Positions 27,068 through 39,728 of a stretch of 64,000 nt of DNA are shown piece by piece. The notes beneath the pieces were generated by a model. The model was given only the letters and a program-made list of their open reading frames with translations, had not been told where the DNA came from and searched no databases. Within the stretch, counting starts at the first letter, position 1. Every line of letters starts with the position of its first letter. Position numbers and translations under genes: made by a program. This DNA comes from Paramecium tetraurelia (lineage: Eukaryota), in assembly GCA_000165425.1 (NCBI GenBank), contig CT868661.1, positions 62,001 to 126,000 on the forward strand, written 5' to 3'.

Positions 27068-30055
27068 TCACCACGATAAATATGTCATTATTAATAAGTG
27101 GTTTTCTTATTCTTAATTTAATGAATCTAAAATAAGCTCATAAGCTTCTTATTCGTTCCCTAATTTAATTAGTGAATCAGCTAACAATAGAATAAATTTA
27201 GATCATTATACCTTTTAGCCTCAAGCTTTTAGGAGTAATGCTTATGGATAAGGCTTAATCATAGCATATTATGGCATCTTTATATTTATTTAAATTGTGT
27301 AGTATCAAGCCTTAATTATACAATAATTTACCTTTATTTTACCATGCAGTATCATGCTTTGAATTAATTGAAATTGCTTTGTCATAGCATTCAATGGCAT
27401 CTTAATATTGATATAAATTGCTTAATGCAAAGCCTATAAAATACTATTTGATAGTTAATGACCTTTATTATTCCAAGCAGCATCAGAATTTTGATTAATT
27501 GAAATAACTTTGTCGTAGCATTCAATGGCTTCTTAATATTTATTTAATTTGGTTAAAGCAAGGCCTAATAATACAATATAAAAGTTAATGACCTTTATTA
27601 TTCCAAGCAGCCTCATAATTGGAATTTATAGAAATAGCTTTATCGTAGCATTCGATTGCTTCTTAATATTGATTTAATTTGTTTAATGCATGGCCTATAT
27701 AATAATATCTAATTATTAATGACCTTTATTAATCCAAGCAGCCTCATAATTTGGATTAATGGAAATAGCTTTGTCATAGCATTCAATTGCTTCTTAATAT
27801 TTATTTAAATTGCTTAATGCAAGGCCTATATAATAATATATAAATAGCTGATTACCATTATGAAACCAAGTGACATCATAATTTGGATTAATTGAAATAG
27901 CTTTTTTGTAGCATTCAATTGCATCTTTATATTTATTTAATTTGCTTAGTCCATCACCTATATAAGAATATCTAATAGTTAATGACCTATATTATTCCAA
28001 GCGACATCATAATTTGGATTAATGAAAATAGCTTTGTAGTAGCATTCGACAGCTTCTTAATATTTATGTAAATGGTTTAATGCATTTCCTATATAATACT
28101 ATTTCATAGTTAATAACCTTTATTATTCCAAGCGACATCATAATTTGGATTAATAGAAATAGCTTTATTGTAGCATTCCATAGCTTCTTAATGTTAATTT
28201 AAATTGTCTAATGCAATGCCTATATAATATTATCTAAAGCAAATTACCTTTATTATTCCAAACTCCAAAATTATTTGGATTAATCTTAATTGCTTTGTCG
28301 TAGCATTCAATTGCTTCTTAATATTTATTTAAACTTTTTAATGCATTTCCTATATAATACTATTTCATAATTAATAACCTTTATTATTCCAAGCGTCATC
28401 ATAATTTGGATTAATGGAAATAGCTTTGTCGCTGCATTCAATGGCTTCTTAATATCGATTTAATTTGTTTAATGCATGGCCTAATAATGCTATCTAATAA
28501 TTAATTACCTTTAAGATACCAAGTGAGATCATAATTTGGATTAATGAAAATAGCTTTGTCGTAGCATTCGATCGCTTCGTAATATTTATTTATTTTGCTT
28601 AATGAAATGCCTATATAATGCTATTCTAATAGCTAATTACCTTTATTAAACCAAGTGACATCATAATTTGGATTAATGGAAATAGATTTGTCATAGCATT
28701 CAATGGCTTTTTAATATTGATTTAATTTGCTTAATGCATGCCCTAATAATACTATCTAATAATTAATTACCTTTAAGGTACCAAGTGACATCATAATTTG
28801 GATTAATGGAAATAGCTTTGTTATAGCATTCTATTGCTTCTTAATATTGATTTAATTTGTTTAATGCAAGGCCTATATAATAATATCTAATTATTAATGA
28901 CCTTTATTAATCCAAGCAGCCTCATAATTTGGATTAATGGAAATAGCTTTGTCATAGCATTCAATTGCTTCTTAATATTTATTTAAACTTTTTAATGCAT
29001 TGCCTATATAATAATATCTAATAGTTAATTGCCTTTTTAATTCCAAGCGATATCGTAATTTGGATTAATAAAAATAGCTTTGTTGTAGCATTCAATAGCT
29101 TCTTAATATTTATTTAATTTGATTAATGCATGGCCTAATAATGCTATTTAATAAATAATTGCCTTTATTATTCCAAGCGACATCATAATTTGGATTAATG
29201 GAAATAGCTTTATCGTAGCATTCAATAGCTTCATAATGTTAATTTAAATTGTTTAATACATTGCCTATTTAATGCTATCTAATAATTAACTACCTTTATG
29301 ATACCAAATGACATCATAATTTGGATTAATGGAAATAGCTTTGTTGTAGCATTCAATTGCATCTTAATATTTATTTAATTTGCTTAATGCATAACCTAAA
29401 TAAATTTAGCTAGCTGTCAATTACATTTATTATTCCTAGCAAAATCATCTTTTGGATTAACGATAATGACAAAAAGTAAAACAAAGTAAAACAGAATACT
29501 CAGAAACACATATGAAAAAATGTCTTTTTTGTTGGATTCAATGGCTTTATTATTTTATATTCATTTTTACCAGGTTGAATTTCTTCTGATTCTTATATTA
29601 TTTTATAGTTTTATTGAATTAGTTTTTTTGTTTTTTATTCTTTTTTTATATATATAGAAGATACATATGTAATTGTATTTTTCCTTCGAATAAAACTGTT
29701 TTAGTATATGAATATATTCATTAAAAGTCGAATAGTCTTAATCTTTAAGTATGTTGTCCATGTTTTCTAATATTATAGCTTCCTGATCTATTGTTTTAAA
29801 AAACTATTAAAATGATTTCTCCAGTTTTTCTGAGATTTTTATGAATTTTGTCTGTAATTCATTTAAATTTTGTCTGGGTTTGTTCACAAATTCGATCATT
29901 CTATGGAATGGGATGCAATCCTTTTAATGGTCTTGATGGATATCAATTAAACATTTCAAACAAAATTTTGTTGTATTCTAACATTTCTGATTCAAACAAA
30001 ATCCAATTATTTTATCGTTTTCATGGTTTTCATATGTACATTTAAAGTCATCCAT
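27068..30055 (-). CDS. B-box-like N-terminus, coiled coil, possible TM helix and ~17 tandem TPRs, one repeat per exon
   Basis: MDDFKCTYENHENDKIIGFCLNQKCQNTTKFCLKCLIDIHQDH; 16 consecutive 102-nt exons encoding xALxKLNKYQEAIECYDKAISINPNYDVAWNNKG; an intact frame requires two GC-AG introns. Confidence 0.85.
27311..29424. repeat. Tandem array of ~131-bp units (102-nt TPR exon plus 28-30-nt intron), 16 full units
   Basis: Recurring plus-strand anchors CCTTTATTATTCCAAG / ATAATTTGGATTAATGGAAATAGCTTT / TAGCATTCAATTGCTTCTTAATATT spaced 130-132 nt apart. Confidence 0.95.
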
Positions 30056-30402
30056 TAAATTATAAAAAATACTTATTTATTATTTTTCATATTCAACCCT
30101 CAATAATAATATAAAATAAAAAATTATTACCATAATCAATTTATTTTTGGGAATTTTGAAAAGAGTCTAAAAATTTCAAAAGATTGGAATAAAGTTTCGA
30201 TATTTGAATTGTTTAAATTTCTATCTTTGATTGTAAAAATATGCTCATAACCTTCAATACTACCTAACTTATTTTAATTATGGAATTATTCTTCGTTCTG
30301 CATATAAATGAATTGCAAAATCAAAATCATTTATTAAATGTATTTTGGATTAAAAAATGTAAAATAGAATTTTTCATTATTAAAAAAATAATATTTAGGA
30401 AA

Positions 30403-31714
30403 ATGATCAAAAGTTTATATTGCAGACCTTCAAATGAAAAAATAAAAATACAAATAGGTTAATAAACGATACTTTTAACTCTCTCTGTAATTTACAATAA
30501 TTAAGGGGAGTTAATCAATAAAATTTAAGGTAAAAAATTAAGAAAGCATTGGCATAATTTATAATAAAGAATGAAGGATTAAAATAGCTTAAATACTCAA
30601 GTATTGAACAAATCCGAAATTTGAAATGGAATGGAGACTTTAGCGATTCTAAAATATAAATTGGTGAGTGGAAGGCTTTTTGATAGAACACTCCCTTGTT
30701 TCAGAGGGTTACGTATAATACGAATGGACGAAAAAAAGGACTTTACCATGAAATAATTAGCAGCTTTAACTAGTTACTATTTTGAATATATAAAGTAGGC
30801 AAAATTATCTTGTTGAATCTGGATTATATAAGGATGGTATAAGAGTTGGAAAATGGGTGACTACTAAAATTCTATGGATAGTTTAATCCTATTTCGGCAA
30901 ACAACTTCTGTAAGAATATAAGCTAAATATATAGGAATGAAGTAACGCATAATTATAAAAGATAAAAGTTGGACAATGGATTGAATTGCATCCGGAGTTT
31001 TCTAAGTATTCATAATCTCTATACTAAGAAACTTTTTACTTATTTATGAAGGAAGATATATTAATGATGTTAAGAATGGTATTTTGAGTACAAATTTAAG
31101 TATTTCTCTGAAAATTCCTAGTAATTAAATAATCTATTTGTAGAGGTGGATAACATATGTAGAAGGGTTGAAAAATGGGTTTTGGGTGGATACTTGTCAA
31201 TATTTCAATGAGTATTTATTATAATAGAATTTCTAGTCTAATGATATTTCTTGAAATTGGTAATTATAATCAAGGAGTAAGTACGGGTATTTGGACAACC
31301 AAGAACTATGGGACTAACTTATTAAATTTGCGTTTTCAGAATAACATATGACTTTTATATTGTTGTAAGGGTGCTATGTGGATGATGAGAGAGATGAAGA
31401 ATGGGATGTCCTCCTATTCAGAAATAATTAAATTATAAAAAAGTAAAATCTTTTTTTAACCAAATAGAAGAGGCGGTCGAAATTGGAACATTAATACCTC
31501 TAGATCCATCAAAATAGAACTATTTCCAATGAGGTATTTTTAAATAGTCTTTATTTATAGAATAATAGGAACTGTTAATGAGAATGGGAAGGAAGAAGGA
31601 AGTTGGATGTATTTAAAAGAAACTGATGAATGCAATAAAAATAATCGTTTGAACTTATAAAGAGTTGAATTTATAAATGGAATAAAAAAGATAAATTACT
31701 AAAAGACATTTTGA
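30403..31714 (+). pseudogene. Degenerate member of a Paramecium-type G-x-Y-x2-G-x-K-x-G-x-W (MORN-variant) repeat family
   Basis: LKWNGDF..IGEWKAF*, ESGLYKDGIRVGKW, EGLKNGFWVD, IGNYNQGVSTGIW; in-frame TGA at 30681-30683 and frameshifts. Confidence 0.6.
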
Positions 31715-31903
31715 TAATTTTAAACAGTGTATAATACTAGTTTTATAGTGATTAATTATTATTAAATTAATGACACTGGACACTTGATTAGGTGTATCAA
31801 TATGATATATTATTGCATTAGCTTAGAATTGGAGAATCAAATTATTTTCATTTATTCTTCTGATATCCATATTTTGCAATTTACAATATTATTTATATAA
31901 ATT

Positions 31904-33119
31904 ATGAAAAATTTAAAAGAATGTTTATCTTCTGAGGGAAGTTATAAAAACATAAAACGATTTAAAGAAAATATATAGGATGAGTATATTGATTAAAAAT
32001 AATCTTAGGGATACTTTGAACTAAGTAGTTGAGACATTGGAGGACATTTTTCAAAGTCCGAAATCGCAACCGATTTAATTAGTGCTTGCAATGAGAGTAA
32101 GTCTGTTGGTATGTTTAGCTGAGCAGTTGACAAAAGAACTCATGGATCTACATTATGATTGTGTTGTGTATTCTGTGACCAACAACATTATTTATATGAT
32201 CGAGGATATTATCATGGCAGATCTAAAGAAAAACGAGAGAGGCAAATTTTATTTCAGTGATTAACCAGGTACAACTAAATATTATTTAGATTAATCCCTT
32301 TTATTGCTTGGAAATACACTAATACGATTAGCACTTGAAAGCATTTTTGTATGGAACCTATGGCACCCAAATAATTTAGCCATTACTCAAGTGTAAATTG
32401 ATGTGCTCTTATTGTAGTTATTAAAGATTAATTGACTAAGGTGTCTAGTTCCCAAAATTGCACTATTTTAATGCTCAGAAAGTCAAAGAATACTATCTAA
32501 CTGTCAAAGAGAGCTCAAAGAATGGTACTCTCTATCGAAAACAATCCTTAATGTTGAATGACCAATATTTTGATCAACTCAAATAGAAGATTGAGAAGAA
32601 TCAGTACAATACCATAAAATTGCATGAAATTAATGAGGAATTAAAATGTAATTACATTCTAAGAAATCTAGAGATTAAACATGTAAACGAAAATTAGAAA
32701 TAATTCATTGAAAATTTCAATAAGGCTTACAAAGACTATCTAGTAAATAATAAATTAGACGAGTTCAACAATTAAGTATAATCAATGTATGCGTATTATT
32801 AAATTAAGTTGTTTAGAATATGATGAATTGTCAAGCCAAAAGAAACAGAGTAAGAAACTAATCAATTATTTTTAGATAGCGCAATCTAATTATGTACATA
32901 TTCAACAGATAAGCAAAGTAATCAATTTTCAAGAAGTATAAGTGTAATACATATATATTTTAATAATCATAGTCCTAAAATTCTTAACAGAAGAATGGTA
33001 GCAATAACAAACAACAATCAATTGAACAACTACTACATGAAAATGAGTTGATTTAGGCATAAATACAAAGCTTTGAAATTCCAAAAGTCAATAGTCATAT
33101 ATAGAATATAGACATGTGA
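31904..33119 (+). CDS. Hypothetical protein with VHS/ENTH-like helical N-terminus
   Basis: VLAMRLTKELMD..RLALESIFVWNLW..YQRLIDQGVQFP (VHS-like ending); multiple tiny introns. Confidence 0.65.
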
Positions 33120-33411
33120 TTCTTAGATTGATAACCTATTATATAATTTTACATCTTTTGAGTAATGAATTTTTAAAGATATTATAAATAATATCAAATC
33201 ATATTCAATTTTTATTATATATAATAAAGAACAATAAGAATTTCTAAATTTTATTCTTATTAACATTTATATAGATATTTATTTAAGAGGAATTATTGAT
33301 CTATAGATTTCATGTAAATATAGTTTAGATATAAGACTAAGAGACTAGAAATAGTGAATAATTCTTTTGAATCTATATGTATTAATAAAGCTCTTTGGTG
33401 TTTTATATTGA

Positions 33412-34740
33412 TCAAGAAGTGGATTTTAGAATTTCGTATGGGATTTTCTAAAATCTTGCTGCTTCTGGATTGAATTCTGGAGTTTCTATGAATTACAGAA
33501 ACAGATTCTATAGTCTTTGTCTTAAACCCTCTAAAGAAGGTTCTGGTCTACCTCTATTTAACATGTCTGCCTCTCTATCTATTAAATCAACTATTTCCCT
33601 TGTCAAATTGCAATCCCATTCTTTTACTGTCCATTTTGTATTAACAAGAATATCAAGTCTTTCATCTAAACTTAATTTTCTTTGCTTTAAACCTAGAAAA
33701 TTGAAAAAGAGATTGTACCATTGTAGATATCCATCAATTCTCTTGCTCTTGTTGTATAGAGAGTGTGGACTTCAGTGAATCTTCCATCAGATTTCCTTAA
33801 CCATTTTTTAGGATCTGAGATAGATTTCAAGAATTTATTGATCTTCTCATCTTTATTCTTTTGATTAGCTATAATCTTCAACCTGTCAATAGTTTATAGT
33901 AAATCTGTTTCCTTATTTAAGACCTATTTAAGAGCAGCTCTCTTCTCCTCTTCAGACATAGCAGAAGATTTGATTCTGGCAATTTCGGTTGTTCTCCAAA
34001 GCTGATTAATATGGATGAATGACAAATACTTCTAATTCCTCATATAAGATTTGGAAATCTTCTTTGGTTCTGGGATTGGTTCTCCTTTCTATTTCTTTTT
34101 TATGTCTGACTTCTTCTTGTCTTCTAAAATCCTCTTCTTTTTCCAATTATTCATTTTGTAATTACTGCTTTTTTTGTCTCAAAGCATTAGTTCTTCTCCT
34201 GGCAAACCAACCTCTGATTAATCGTTAAATAAATAAAGCCGCCTCTTCTCTTCGTTCTTCCCACATTTCACTTGTAAAATATCTAAGACATTTTAGACAA
34301 CTGTTACAATTTTGGTTCAAAATTTCTATCATTTCTTAAATCAATGAATAGATCTTCCTTTTCCATTTAAGTACCAAATTCTCTCATCATGATTGTAGAT
34401 TTTGTGGATTCAAAATGGGTTTGTGTGTCTCTATGATTCTTTTCCTTATGCTCTCTGCGATATTAGTTAGTTTGAGCAAATGCATGATGTAACAAAGCAC
34501 CAGACTTCTTATTTTTTAATCCTCCCAAGTAAGGCTTTTCATAATCTAAACAAATATGGAAGACAAGTAACTTGCTTTAATTATTTGAATAGTCAATGTA
34601 TATTTCTTTTGTACTTCTCCTTTTTCATCTTTAATGACAACTACTGATTCAAATTATCTTCCCATAGTCTATTCATATTCATCATTTTCATAAAATTGTT
34701 CTTGGTCCTCCAGAAAGTTAACCTGCTAGTTGTTATCCAT
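33412..34740 (-). CDS. IQUB: IQ and ubiquitin-like domain-containing protein (radial spoke IQUB/FAP253 homolog)
   Basis: KPYLGGLKNKKSGALLHHAFAQT, REFGTQM, IQ motif FIQRLIRGWFARRR, VHTLYTTRAREL, ERLDILVNTKWTVKEWDCNLTREIVDLIDREADMLNRG, PEFNPEAARF. Confidence 0.9.
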
Positions 34741-35491
34741 TTTTTGTTAATTATATTTTATATAATCTAATATATATGTTAATATAAAATTCACCTATTC
34801 TTGTTTAACCTACTGATCATTAGATATTAGTAAAGTACCAATTCTAGGGATGAAATGGAAATAATTTAGCTGTCATGAGATCAAAATATTAATGATTATT
34901 TTAATTGCTTAGAATTAGAAATATAGAGGTTGTATTGTTAAAACACTTCAAGGAATTACAAAAGAATTCATTGGAAGGTTTTATTAAATAAAATATTTCG
35001 GAATAGGTGAGAGGCAATTTTTCATTTTTATAATTATTTGATTTTACATTTATTTTCCCTCAAGTCTATATTGGTTTGGGGTTAAATGTTTTCAAAAATT
35101 ATAAATGTAAAGCTAATGAGTACAGATAAATAAATTAGAGATTATTAAATTCAAAAATACAATGAATATTTTTAAATTACTCAAAGGATTATGAATTAAA
35201 AATCAAAACCTACTTATCTGAACCCAAATATATTAACATTTGTATTAAAATCTACTCTAATTTGTATATGCAAAAATAATCTCTATAATTCATAATTATA
35301 TCTATTCATTTGCATTCTATTCTCCAATATTACTTTCTTTCAAATTTATGCTATTTTTGATGTATTCCCTCATTTAATACCTTCAACTATCAGATCTCTC
35401 TTCTTATTCTAAGCACACATTTTTAGATTAAATCTATTTTAGTATATATTACTAGCAGTCTGCAATTTATAAATAAAATAATTTAAAAATA

Positions 35492-38400
35492 ATGGATGTT
35501 TGGCGCTAGATTGGCAATCAAAAAGTATAAGATGTTGAAACTGTTCTGGATGCATTTAATAGCACAAATTGTCCAGATTAGATAGCCTATAACAATTGTT
35601 TAGGGTTTATGAAATTATTAAAGTCATCTGATCTCCTTGAATAAATTAAGAATCTGTATAGTGATCGTTATTTTTGTCAACAATTATCGCAATCTTAATT
35701 TGATAACTTTCTTCGAATAACAATAAAATCAGTCCCCTTGTATTAAGGGAAAGATGAAGACTTTGTGGATGGAATAAACTTACTTCAAGATTATTTTTTA
35801 AATTTTAACACCAATCAATTTTGCTTTGCCTTGTTATCGAATAAGAAACTATTGGAAAAGCATCCCAAAATTATGTTAACCATCTTTTCGAAAGCCATAG
35901 TTTAAGAAGATCAAATATTATTGAATAAAATTGTCTAATTGTTAGGTCAAAAGTAACTAAAATCCTTCCATCATCAATTCCTAATTGATTTAATTTAAAT
36001 TGATCTTTCTCAAAAGTAATCATTCAGAACTTACGCTGAAAAACTATTTGACTCTTTCATTGGACACACCATTTCAGAATAACAATTGAAAATCAGCAAT
36101 TTGACATTTCAAGACATCATATTGGCATTCAAAAGATTAATAAAATGGGATTGTCTAAATTATAAATTTATTGTTGTCAAATTAGATCACTATATCATGA
36201 CTCAAGAGAAGAATAACGATGCAAATATATTAAAACTGATATTCTACATTATGACTTCCCAGTCATCCCATCTCTGGATCAATTGCTCATATCTTACTAA
36301 GACTATAAAACTGCATTGGAAAACTGCTGACTTTGAGTTCCGCTTTTATAGAGTTCTCAAACTCCTCAGAATCAACAATCATCGTGATGTAGATTCTAGC
36401 TATAGAATGGGATTTAATGGACTATCTGGACAGAAGGTCGATTCCTTTAGATTAGCCTAAGATCTAGAACAAAACATTAAAAAGGTATTTCTCACTCCTT
36501 ATATTTATATAGACTATACAAGAAAGTGATCATCAGATTATTTACCTCTAATTTATTAAGTAAGCATTTAAGAGAGAACCGTATTGTTTTAGCTATTCAT
36601 TCATTTAATTCCTGCTTTAATATCGATATGAGGATAAGCCAGATTTATACTAGCCATTCTGGTCTTTAGTTTCTAAGATCTACTCCTTTTTCTTTATTCA
36701 ATTATATGAGCAGGATATAACAAATGTGTTTGACTTTTAGGGTATGTTTGTGGATGAGAATGGGAATACTAAGTTGACTACCAAAATTGGAATTCAAAAG
36801 AAAAATGCTCGAAATCTAGTCCCTTATTTTTAATAATTGTATGTATTTGATCTAATATTTTAATAGAATTATTAATAGTTAGAATTTAATTATCACCGTT
36901 TATAAAAAATTCTATAAATTATTTTTATCAGAAAAACAAATATTTAATTTCTTCACCAATTTAATTTACGAACCTTTATATTAACAGATCGAATTTCAAT
37001 TTCCTGATAAATCAAATTTGAAACTAAATTAGAACACTCAACTCTATTATATGTTCTCTGATATTTTGGATTCCTTCTAGAATACAAAAAATGTATTATA
37101 AGATTACTTGACTGAAATCTTCAAACAACTCAGCTAAAACACTAAAGAGAATACATTCCGAATACTCTCCTATTATTAAAAGATACACAAGAAGTATTAG
37201 TAGTCCTCACTCTCTGAATATTGTTTGGATTTAATCAATAAATCTCATGCCTTTATGTTATCTGAGATTTTTTAAGGGAAAAATGAATTGTCCCAACAAA
37301 TCAACGTTACTTAAAGTTAAAATCTTAAGAATAATTTACAACAACTATTGCAACTCTATCAACCATTATCTGATCTCAGATGCAAAGAGTTAAAATAAAT
37401 TCAAGATATCATTTTGACTAATTTCTCAGTAAATTCTATTATCTAAAAAGGTCAATTATAATATTAGTATCGATTCTTCAACTTCGAGAAGTTTTTTGCT
37501 TTGCTTATTGAAAGCCAATAACAAGTTGTCCTAATAATATTATGAGAAACAATTGAATAACCTTCTCCAACAATTCGACCATCTTTTTGTGACTAACGGT
37601 TATGCAAATTAAGAGAAGCTAGAGTAATAATGTTAGAAGTTTTCAGATTTTGAAGAAAAGGAGTAATATCTTAATATTTATAATAGTCAATACGGTTAAT
37701 ACTTTTAATCTATTGTTGAATAAAAATCAATTGCAGTCGAGTAATACATTAGAACCAGTCCTCAACTTAAATAATAATTTTAAGTTTTACTCTATTTGCA
37801 ATTGTTGAATCTTCTAATTTCAAAGATTAATAGGTACGATTTTGAAGTTGAGGCATTGATTACAAGTTTGAGGAAATTGCTCACTCATCCTTATGTGCCT
37901 GATGAATTCATTATTGATATTTGGAATGAAATCTATTTTATTATTGAGTAATTGAATGAATAAAGTTCTGAGAAGTGGTTAGAATTGACTCAATAGAAAT
38001 TGATGAGTAATGTGTTGATTCATTTGGATTAATCAATCTCGATCACTACCACACTCATATTGGCAGTAATTGTAAATCAGAAATCACTTCAAAAAAAATA
38101 GATTCGATTGTAGAAATTGTTTTTACTTGTAAGCGAATTGAAAAGCAATAACCAAAAGAATTCCTTATATCGAATTATTTTTAGCAATTTAGATAAATTG
38201 GATTCTAGTCTTTGTTAGAAGATATTTTTTGAAATTAAGGATCAATTAATGATTCAAAGTGGGACATATAAACTATTGAAGTTGATATTGCAAGAACCAG
38301 ATAATATTGATCATTTTAATCTCATAATCAAGGTGTTTTTAGGGTAGGAAGTTCATCAAATACAAATTCCAATCCTTCAATTTATAGCTGAAAATATATT

Positions 38401-39156
38401 TAAAATAGGTATGAGGTATTAAATTCTCATCTAATTGGGAGCTTGTGGAAGATCAGTTAAAACCAAAAAGTTTGCTAAACATTTAATCAAGTAATTTTAA
38501 TAAGCCGTAATATAATGTAAATAATCAAATTATGTTAAGATTAGGATCTGATCTAGTTTATCATGATGATAAATTCTGTCGTCTACTTGGCATCAATATC
38601 TATCAAGGATCTCAATTACTAAACTACCTATTGGTTATTCAGAAAAACACTCAAACATTTTTTCTAACCTAGAATCAAATCCAATAATAAGAAATGCAGT
38701 TAAATAATAAACTTGATTTCTTATTTCATTGAATAAAGTGTTTGTTTAACACCTGTCAAATCTGAATTTGAATTCCAATTATCTGAAAAATTAGAAATCA
38801 ACCTAAAAAAGTTGCCTGAATCAATTCAGTAATCCAATAAATCTATTATTGATTTTACAGACATGATGGGAGTATTGCAACAGTATTTGAATGATGTAAT
38901 GTCACTTGGAAAGAAGAATTTTGAATTCCTTAAGAAGGATCAACAACCTCAGGGTAATTTAGATATATTTGATGCAGTATTATTTTCAGTATCTTTTATA
39001 TATATATTTTAGATGAACCGAAATCAATCTAAATAAATAGTGAAATCTAAATAATAATAAATTACTAATCCATTTTAGAATTTTGCAGATTTTAAGTAAT
39101 CATCCAAAATGGAGAAAGTGACCAAGGCTCTTGATGTAGAGAAAGAAATTAAATGA
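35492..39156 (+). CDS. Large (~1150 aa) helical-repeat-like hypothetical protein
   Basis: Long L/I/Q-rich open frame from ATG 35492 to TGA 39154-39156 with several tiny introns; no motif confidently recognised. Confidence 0.7.
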
Positions 39157-39728
39157 CTGATTTTTGTACTTTTTAGTTGCTGTAATATATAAATTAAACT
39201 AATTTCATTATTTGTTTATTCAGTTGAAGTCAAATATTTCACTTTCTTAGTGTTGATGCTTAAGTGATTCTTGAAGGAAATATGAATTTGGCAAAGGCTA
39301 TTAAAATTTTGCATGAAAATCCTGATATTACTATCCATTCTACTATTTATTACTCATAATTTTTGTATTCTACCTGAGTTATATCTTTCTCATTATACCG
39401 TATTTTAATACCTTTAAGTTACAATAAAATTAATCAGCATTTAATTACTCATATTGTAATTAATCATTTTGATATATCTAATTATAGATCAAAGAGATCA
39501 AATACTATAAATTTAGTATAGGCTTAAATAGTGTTCCAAGCATTGCCTATGGATTTAATTCATAAAAGGACTTTTAAAAATGCTTATATTTCCTTGGCTT
39601 TATTCTTATGATTGAATGAATGATTAGATAGTTCAATAATTTAGCCAGGTTTATTCTTCTCAAACCTTTTGCTAGATGAGATAATGAAATTGGATATATA
39701 TGCTTTATTATTGATATATATTAATAAT

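Noticed and set aside
27311..29424. Regularly spaced repeats with variable spacers resembling a CRISPR array or satellite
   Set aside because: Units are ~131 nt, translate as TPRs on the minus strand, and the spacers are spliceosomal introns; no cas genes, eukaryotic context
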